Shown here: one piece after another, positions 58,341-64,000 of the stretch | Layout: every line of letters starts with the position of its first letter | Numbering within the stretch: position 1 is the first letter of the stretch | Assembly (NCBI GenBank): GCA_963664395.2 | Contig: OY761159.2 | Span: forward strand, 672,001 to 736,000 | Source of the DNA: Candidatus Binatia bacterium | GTDB taxonomy: Bacteria > Desulfobacterota > Binatia > Bin18 | Reading direction: 5' to 3' | DNA: 64,000 nt | Notes under the pieces: generated by a model | What the model saw: only the letters and a program-made list of their open reading frames with translations | The model's database searches: none | Told to the model about the DNA's origin: nothing | Position numbers and translations under genes: made by a program

Positions 58341-58407
58341 CTTGCACGTCCTCCTTGTATGGGACCGGCGCTTCTCCTACGGGCATCCTACAACCGTTCT
58401 GCGCACA

Positions 58408-58441
58408 GCAAAAAGGGTGGCCTCACGACCACCCTTTTTGC
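58408..58441 (-). terminator. Intrinsic terminator downstream of LLM
   Basis: Perfect 13-bp stem GCAAAAAGGGTGG / CCACCCTTTTTGC. Confidence 0.75.
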
Positions 58442-58491
58442 CTGCAAACAAGAACTGCGACCAGCACTGCGATTTGCTACCTAGCTGCTAT

Positions 58492-59826
58492 CTAGCCGGC
58501 CATGCCCAACGCGGCCAGTGGTTCGCGGTCCACGACCGGGTCGCGCGTCACCCCGTTGCGATAGGCCACCGAGCCTGGGGTGCGTTCAAACGGATCAACC
58601 AGATCAATCTCTTTGGCATATTCCCGCAGTTGCGGGGTCAACTCCTGGGCAATCAGACGCATGCTCGTTTTGCGGTCCTCGTCACCGACCGGTCCCTGGA
58701 TATTGAAGAAGACAAAAATGCTCGGACGCAGCACCCGCAGCAGAGTCTTGGCCTTAGGCAAGACCGACTCCGGGGTGCCGATGAGGAGTTGGAGATTCTT
58801 CTGCGCCTTGCCGTAGCCCTTGAGCAGTTTCTGGCGGACGGTATCAAAGTCGGTGGTGTCGGGCCGATCATCGTCCGACTGAGCCCGCAATTTCTCGGGG
58901 CTGACGCCCAGCCAACTCCCACCCGGATGTTTGGCCAGCATGCGGATCGCGCCCTTGGAATTATAGCCCGGCGGCAGGGTATGCTCGGGACGTGAGAAGG
59001 CGTTCTGGCCGCCGCCGAACACGAAATTCTTGCCGATTTCCTGGGCCTTCTCTTCCGTCTCGGCCAGAAAGGTCGGGATCAGATAGCCAAAGTTTTCCGG
59101 ACCGGCCTGATAGCCGTGCTTGGCAGCTTCATCGGCGTATAAATCCCACAGGTCACAGGTCGGTCCCAAGGCCGTGCCCAGACCCAGATAGGGGTAGCGG
59201 TGTTCCGCACACCAGCGGACCGTCTCCGGACTCAACACACCGGGAATCCACATGGGCGGATGCGGCTTCTGGTAGGGCAACGCCCAGGGGTTCACATGCC
59301 GATAGTGAAAATGCTTGCCCTCGTAACGCCACGGGCCGGGCCGGGTCCAGGCCTGCACGATAAAGTCGTGGGCCTCGTTGAACATCTCCCGATTATAGGC
59401 CGGGTTGGCATTATTAAAGAACTGCTCGCTACCCGCCCCGCGCACCCAGCCGGTGACCAGGCGACCACGCGAGATCAGATCAATCTCGGCCAGCTCTTCG
59501 GCCATGCGGAGCGGATGTTTTAACGTCGGCAACGGATTGCCAATCAGGACAATGCGGACTTTATTGGTAATGCGGGCTAAAATTGAGGCCTCAACATTCA
59601 TGACGCTGCCCATGCAAAAGGGGTTGCCATGATGCTCGTTGAGCGCGACGGCATCAAAACCGAGTTCTTCGGCATAGCAGTATTCGTCAAGATAATAATT
59701 GTAGTCGTTGGCCGCCTGCTCGCGGTCAAACAGGGCGTTGGAAACGGCGAAGTAGCCTTTGTTCTTGAGGATTTCGTCTTCGTTGAGGCCGCGATAGGGC
59801 CGTTCGGTGAAATATGAAATCTGCAT
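58492..59826 (-). CDS. LLM-class flavin-dependent oxidoreductase (long form)
   Basis: ALNEHH, HPLRMAEELAEIDLISRGRL, PYQKPHPPMWIPG. Confidence 0.9.
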   Translation of the reverse strand: MQISYFTERPYRGLNEDEILKNKGYFAVSNALFDREQAANDYNYYLDEYCYAEELGFDAVALNEHHGNPFCMGSVMNVEASILARITNKVRIVLIGNPLPTLKHPLRMAEELAEIDLISRGRLVTGWVRGAGSEQFFNNANPAYNREMFNEAHDFIVQAWTRPGPWRYEGKHFHYRHVNPWALPYQKPHPPMWIPGVLSPETVRWCAEHRYPYLGLGTALGPTCDLWDLYADEAAKHGYQAGPENFGYLIPTFLAETEEKAQEIGKNFVFGGGQNAFSRPEHTLPPGYNSKGAIRMLAKHPGGSWLGVSPEKLRAQSDDDRPDTTDFDTVRQKLLKGYGKAQKNLQLLIGTPESVLPKAKTLLRVLRPSIFVFFNIQGPVGDEDRKTSMRLIAQELTPQLREYAKEIDLVDPFERTPGSVAYRNGVTRDPVVDREPLAALGMAG

Positions 59827-59863
59827 GGGGAACTTCTCCTTCGTACGAAAACGTCACACGCGA

Positions 59864-60649
59864 TTACGACGCCAGAAAGTCTTGCACGATTTTGACAAAT
59901 TCGGCTGAGTTTTCAATTTCCGGACGATGGCCGACATTGGCGATTTCCACCGCCGTAGCCCCGTCAATCGCCTTGGTGTAGGCGTCGATACAGCCCTGCG
60001 GCACGACTTGATCCTCGGACCCGCGTACCAGCAAAGTTGGTATGTTTTTGGCGCCACGCAGCAGATACGGCAGGCTGGGGTTATGCATATAGGGTTCCCA
60101 GCCGATACGCGCACTTTCCGCGCGGGCATCTTCAAATGCCTCGAATTGCTCCGGCGTCATCTCGCCGCCATAAATTTTTCCGAACTCCGCGGTGTCCGGG
60201 TCCGCCACTGTTCTCCGCAAATGGGTCCGAATCGTCACCGGGAAGATGTCCATAATCTCCCCTGCTTCGGGTTTGAGCCCCATCGGACCCACAAGAATCA
60301 GATGGTTGAATATATGGGGGTCCGCGGCAACCATTTCCGCGGCAGTATATCCTCCGGCTGAAAAGGCGATCACGTCAACCGGGGCCAGTCCCATTTCCCT
60401 GACCACCATATTATAAAACCCACCCAGATCACGGAAATTCCGAATCCACTCCAAGCACGGGGTTTTTCCAAAACCAGGCTGGAGCGGAATCACAAAAGCA
60501 TGCTCCGCCGCAAGTTCGTCATTCCATTTCACCCACCCAGGGAATCCCAGCTCATCATGCAGCATTAACAGGGGTTTACCTGATCCTCCCTTAATGAGCG
60601 TTAATTCAGCTTCGGCTACATGAGCCTTTTGTTCAGTCCAGTTTGCCAA
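59864..60649 (-). CDS. Alpha/beta fold hydrolase
   Basis: LLMLHDELG, PGFGKT, AFSAGG, GSEDQVVP, GHRPEIE. Confidence 0.85.
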   Translation of the reverse strand: MANWTEQKAHVAEAELTLIKGGSGKPLLMLHDELGFPGWVKWNDELAAEHAFVIPLQPGFGKTPCLEWIRNFRDLGGFYNMVVREMGLAPVDVIAFSAGGYTAAEMVAADPHIFNHLILVGPMGLKPEAGEIMDIFPVTIRTHLRRTVADPDTAEFGKIYGGEMTPEQFEAFEDARAESARIGWEPYMHNPSLPYLLRGAKNIPTLLVRGSEDQVVPQGCIDAYTKAIDGATAVEIANVGHRPEIENSAEFVKIVQDFLAS

Positions 60650-60773
60650 GGGTCTTTCCTCCTTACTCAGCGTTTTCGCGCGCGGGCGCCTCCACCCTCC
60701 TACTCCCCCTCATGAGCCGATTACTTTAATCAGCCCGACCCAAATTGTCCACACTTCCTTGAGAAAGAACAAT

Positions 60774-60800
60774 CAAGTCTCGCAAGTCTCGCAAGTCTCA
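60774..60800. repeat. 9-bp tandem repeat (CAAGTCTCG)x3
   Basis: Read directly (last copy ends in A); divergent intergenic region. Confidence 0.8.
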
Positions 60801-60887
60801 GACTGGAGCCGGAACTGAGCTTTCTCTTGATCCTTTCCTGCTTCAAGGGATAGGAATACTCTTGTCCAAGAGCAAGAGAAGGAGGGT

Positions 60888-61772
60888 ATGATTGTGGACG
60901 CATTCGAGTACGCTGCTCCGCAGAATTTACAAGAAGCCGTTGCCTTGCTGTCCGAGGCAAATGGTGAGGCGCGCGCCCTGGCCGGTGGGACCGATCTCAT
61001 TGCCCAGATGAAGGAGAACCGCCGGAGTCCGTCTCTGGTCGTTGATGTCAAAAAAATTCCCGAGTTGAATGTTCTCTCTTATACCACCGGACTCCGCATT
61101 GGGGCGGCCGTGTCGTGTACGCAGATCGCAGGTTTTGAGCCAGCCACGGCCCACTACCCGGCCCTGGCCGAGGCCTGCGCCCTGGTCGGGTCGTATCAGA
61201 TACAGAACCGCGCCGCGCTGGGCGGAAACTTTTGTAACGCAGCCCCATCGGCTGATGCCGTTCCGCCGGCTTTATCCTATGGAGCGACGCTGGTGATTGT
61301 CGGGTCGAACGGACAGCGGGAGATTCCGGCAGAGGATTTTTTTGTCGGACCGGGCCAGACCGTGCTTGAAAAAGGCGAAGTCCTGGTCGAGATTGCGCTG
61401 CCCCCTCCCCCCCCGCATTCCGGGGCGGCCTACCTCCGTTTTATCCCCCGCGAAGAGATGGACATTGCGGTTGCCGGGGTTGGCTCGTTTGTCCAACTCC
61501 ACCCGGACGCGCACACCTGTGAGCAGGCCCGCATCTCGCTCGCCGCAGTGGCCCCCACTCCCGTCCGGGCAAAAGAGGCAGAGGCGTTTTTAGCGGGTAG
61601 ACATTTGGATGACACAACGATTGCACACGCCGGAGAGCTGGCGTCCCAGGCCGCCAGCCCGATCTCCGATGTGCGTGGCTCGGCTGCCTATCGTATTGAA
61701 TTGATAAAGGTACTGACACGGCGCACGCTGGGGAAGGCGCTGGCAAGAACACTGGAAAGAGCGAGAGGGTAA
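60888..61772 (+). CDS. Xanthine dehydrogenase family FAD subunit (CoxM-like)
   Basis: ALAGGTDL, QIQNRAALGGN, SDVRGSAAYR. Confidence 0.92.
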   Translation: MIVDAFEYAAPQNLQEAVALLSEANGEARALAGGTDLIAQMKENRRSPSLVVDVKKIPELNVLSYTTGLRIGAAVSCTQIAGFEPATAHYPALAEACALVGSYQIQNRAALGGNFCNAAPSADAVPPALSYGATLVIVGSNGQREIPAEDFFVGPGQTVLEKGEVLVEIALPPPPPHSGAAYLRFIPREEMDIAVAGVGSFVQLHPDAHTCEQARISLAAVAPTPVRAKEAEAFLAGRHLDDTTIAHAGELASQAASPISDVRGSAAYRIELIKVLTRRTLGKALARTLERARG

Positions 61773-61777
61773 CCATC

Positions 61778-62254
61778 ATGAAACAGGCGATTGAACTGAA
61801 CGTCAACGGCGAACCGCACGACGCGCTGGTCGATACGCGTGAAACGCTGCTGGACACCCTGCGTTACAAGCTGGGATTCATGGGGCCAAAGGAAGGCTGT
61901 GGCAACGGCAACTGCGGAGCCTGCACGGTCGTCTTGAACGGCGCGGTCGTCAATGCCTGCCTCGTGTTCGCGGTAGAAGCTGCCGGCGCAGACGTGACCA
62001 CGGTCGAGGGCGTTGCGGCTGAGGGCAATCTCCACCCCGTGCAGCAGGCTTTTATTGAACACGGTGGTTTGCAGTGCGGGTTTTGTACGCCGGGTTTTAT
62101 CATGTCGGCCAAGGCATTATTGGAGCGCAACCCCAACCCGAGCGAATCCGAGATTCGTTTGGCGATTTCCGGCAACCTGTGCCGCTGTACAGGCTATGAC
62201 AAAATTGTCCGGGCGATTCAGGCCGCGTCGCAGGCTCTTTCACAAACTGCATGA
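61778..62254 (+). CDS. Xanthine dehydrogenase family 2Fe-2S subunit (CoxS-like)
   Basis: GCGNGNCGACTV, QCGFCTPG, NLCRCTGY. Confidence 0.95.
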   Translation: MKQAIELNVNGEPHDALVDTRETLLDTLRYKLGFMGPKEGCGNGNCGACTVVLNGAVVNACLVFAVEAAGADVTTVEGVAAEGNLHPVQQAFIEHGGLQCGFCTPGFIMSAKALLERNPNPSESEIRLAISGNLCRCTGYDKIVRAIQAASQALSQTA

Positions 62255-62265
62255 GGAGGGACAGC

Positions 62266-64000
62266 ATGGCTCAGTATAGTGTGATTGGAACGTCTCTGGC
62301 CAAAGTTGATGCCCCGGAGCGGGTCACGGGCAAAGCGGCCTATGGTGCGGACCTCAATCTGCCTGGCATGCTGTGGGCGAAGCTCGTCCGTAGCCCGCAT
62401 GCCCACGCCCGCATCAAGAAAATTGATACCAGCCGGGCGAAAGCGCTGCCCGGCGTAAAGGCCGTCATTACCGCCCACGACCTGCCGCCCCTGCCAAAAG
62501 GCGCGACCGCTCCCCTGGTGGGAGAAGTCAGCATCGACATGAGCGCCATCCGAGAGATCGTCATGGCCTCGGATAAAGCCCGCTATCACGGTCAGGTCGT
62601 GGCCGCCGTGGCTGCCACTGATCCGTTTATTGCCGAGGAAGCGGCCGGACTGGTTGACGTCGACTATGAACCCCTGCCGGTCGTGGAAGACGTGCTGCAG
62701 GCCATGCAGCCGGATGCCCCGCTCGTCCATGAAGACCTGCATACCCTCGAAGAGGCGACCCAGGAAAAATCCGGCCAGCCGAGTAATGTTTCCACCCATA
62801 TGGTCTATACACGAGGCGATGTTGAGGCCGGTTTCAGAGAGGCCGATGCGGTTATCGAGAAAACGTATAAGACCCAGATGGTCCACCAGGGCTATCTGGA
62901 ACCCCAGGCCTGCGCCGCGCGAGTCGAGCCCAACGGCAGAGTGACATTGTGGACCTCGGCCCAGGGACATTTCACCGTCCGGACCCAACTCGTTACCCTG
63001 CTCGGTCTTCCCGCCAGCCAGTTGAATGTCGTGCCCATGGAGATCGGGGGCGGATTTGGCGGGAAAGCCCTGGCGCTGTTTGAACCAACCGCTATTGTCC
63101 TGGCCCAAAAGACCAGCCGACCGGTCAAACTCGTTATCTCCCGAGAAGAGGTGCTGCGCGCAACCGGCCCCGGTGCTCCTGCGGTCATCACGGTCAAGGC
63201 CGGCGCGACAAAAGACGGGAAGATTACCGCGCTGACGACGACCATGCGGTACGATGCCGGCGCATTTCCCGGCTCGCCGGTCGCCCGCGGTCTGCTGGTT
63301 GGTTTAGCGCCGTATAAATTGGCCAATATGGTTGCCGAAGGGTTTGACGTACTGACCAACAAGCCCCGCGTTCAAGCCTACCGCGCCCCTGGCGGTACGC
63401 CGGCAGCCTTTGCGGTTGAAGCGCTCATGGATGCACTGGCGGATGAGATCGGCATCGATCCCCTGGCCTTTCGTCAGAAAAATGCAGCCGAAGAAGGCGA
63501 TCTCCTGCCGCTGGGCATGCCGCTCAACCGCGTCGGCTTGACCGAGATGCTGAAACAGATTGAGGCGCATCCGTGCTGGACCACGCCGCTGGAGGGACCC
63601 CACCGCGGACGGGGGTTGGCCTTGGGCTACTGGATCGGTGGCTCCTTCACATCGAGTGCCGAGATCAAGATCAATCCTGACGCGACCGTCTCCATCTTTG
63701 TTGGCACCGTTGATCTGACCGGTACCCGTACAACTATTTTACAGATGGTGGCCGACGAACTTCAGCTTAACCCTAAAGATATTACCATCACGGTTGGTGA
63801 TACCGACACCGCGCCTTTTGCTGACCTGAGTGGCGGCAGTCGGATTACCTACACGATGAGTGTGGCGGCCCATCAGGCCAGTCAGGATGTGTTGGCACAG
63901 CTCAAAGAACGCGCCGCCGAAAAGCTCAAAGTGTCAGCCGCTGAGGTTGAGTATCAAGCAAAACGTTTCTGGGTAAAAAACGATTCCAAGAACGAGGTCG
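62266..64000 (+). CDS. Xanthine dehydrogenase family molybdopterin subunit (CoxL-like), 3'-truncated by window edge
   Basis: VTGKAAYGAD, RSPHAHARI, HQGYLEP, GGGFGGK, AYRAPGG, GGSRIT. Confidence 0.92.
   Translation, partial: MAQYSVIGTSLAKVDAPERVTGKAAYGADLNLPGMLWAKLVRSPHAHARIKKIDTSRAKALPGVKAVITAHDLPPLPKGATAPLVGEVSIDMSAIREIVMASDKARYHGQVVAAVAATDPFIAEEAAGLVDVDYEPLPVVEDVLQAMQPDAPLVHEDLHTLEEATQEKSGQPSNVSTHMVYTRGDVEAGFREADAVIEKTYKTQMVHQGYLEPQACAARVEPNGRVTLWTSAQGHFTVRTQLVTLLGLPASQLNVVPMEIGGGFGGKALALFEPTAIVLAQKTSRPVKLVISREEVLRATGPGAPAVITVKAGATKDGKITALTTTMRYDAGAFPGSPVARGLLVGLAPYKLANMVAEGFDVLTNKPRVQAYRAPGGTPAAFAVEALMDALADEIGIDPLAFRQKNAAEEGDLLPLGMPLNRVGLTEMLKQIEAHPCWTTPLEGPHRGRGLALGYWIGGSFTSSAEIKINPDATVSIFVGTVDLTGTRTTILQMVADELQLNPKDITITVGDTDTAPFADLSGGSRITYTMSVAAHQASQDVLAQLKERAAEKLKVSAAEVEYQAKRFWVKNDSKNEV

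Noticed and set aside
60888-64000. Aerobic CO dehydrogenase
   Set aside because: Active-site loop is AYRAPGG, not AYxCSFR (form I) or AYxGAGR (form II)

Overview
A GC-rich bacterial chromosomal window. Its content (many luciferase-like monooxygenase [LLM], amidohydrolase and molybdoenzyme genes, plant-type LRR surface proteins) suggests a Binatia/deltaproteobacterium-like, possibly sponge-associated, genome; this taxonomy is inference only. 1-13 kb: 5'-truncated Type III restriction Res gene, tenA, a ctpA-xseA-xseB-ispA-tlyA block lacking dxs, lgt/TlpA, dtd, trmL, Mut7-C, a (TACCCCA)17 microsatellite and a GST. 13.3-18.8 kb: a garbled, frameshifted LRR/beta-helix surface-protein locus ending in two copies of a ~140-aa module; two more copies begin a secreted SGNH lipase at 41-43 kb. 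The rest is a metabolic mosaic: sppA, a Tat-signal LLM, two paralogous D-aminoacylase-like genes, a possibly LutH-like TonB receptor, LarA-like/GGT/mmsA genes, an acetylene-hydratase-like enzyme lacking the catalytic Asp, NfeD/SPFH, an Mct-like CoA transferase, a nitrile hydratase alpha subunit apparently fused to its accessory protein with no beta gene nearby, and a CoxMSL-like operon running off the end. Seven or so gene stubs lie between intact genes. Some single-base frameshifts sit in short homopolymers, so sequencing or assembly error is a live alternative. No CRISPR array, tRNA, rRNA, integrase or transposase was recognised. All family calls come from motif recognition, not database searches.
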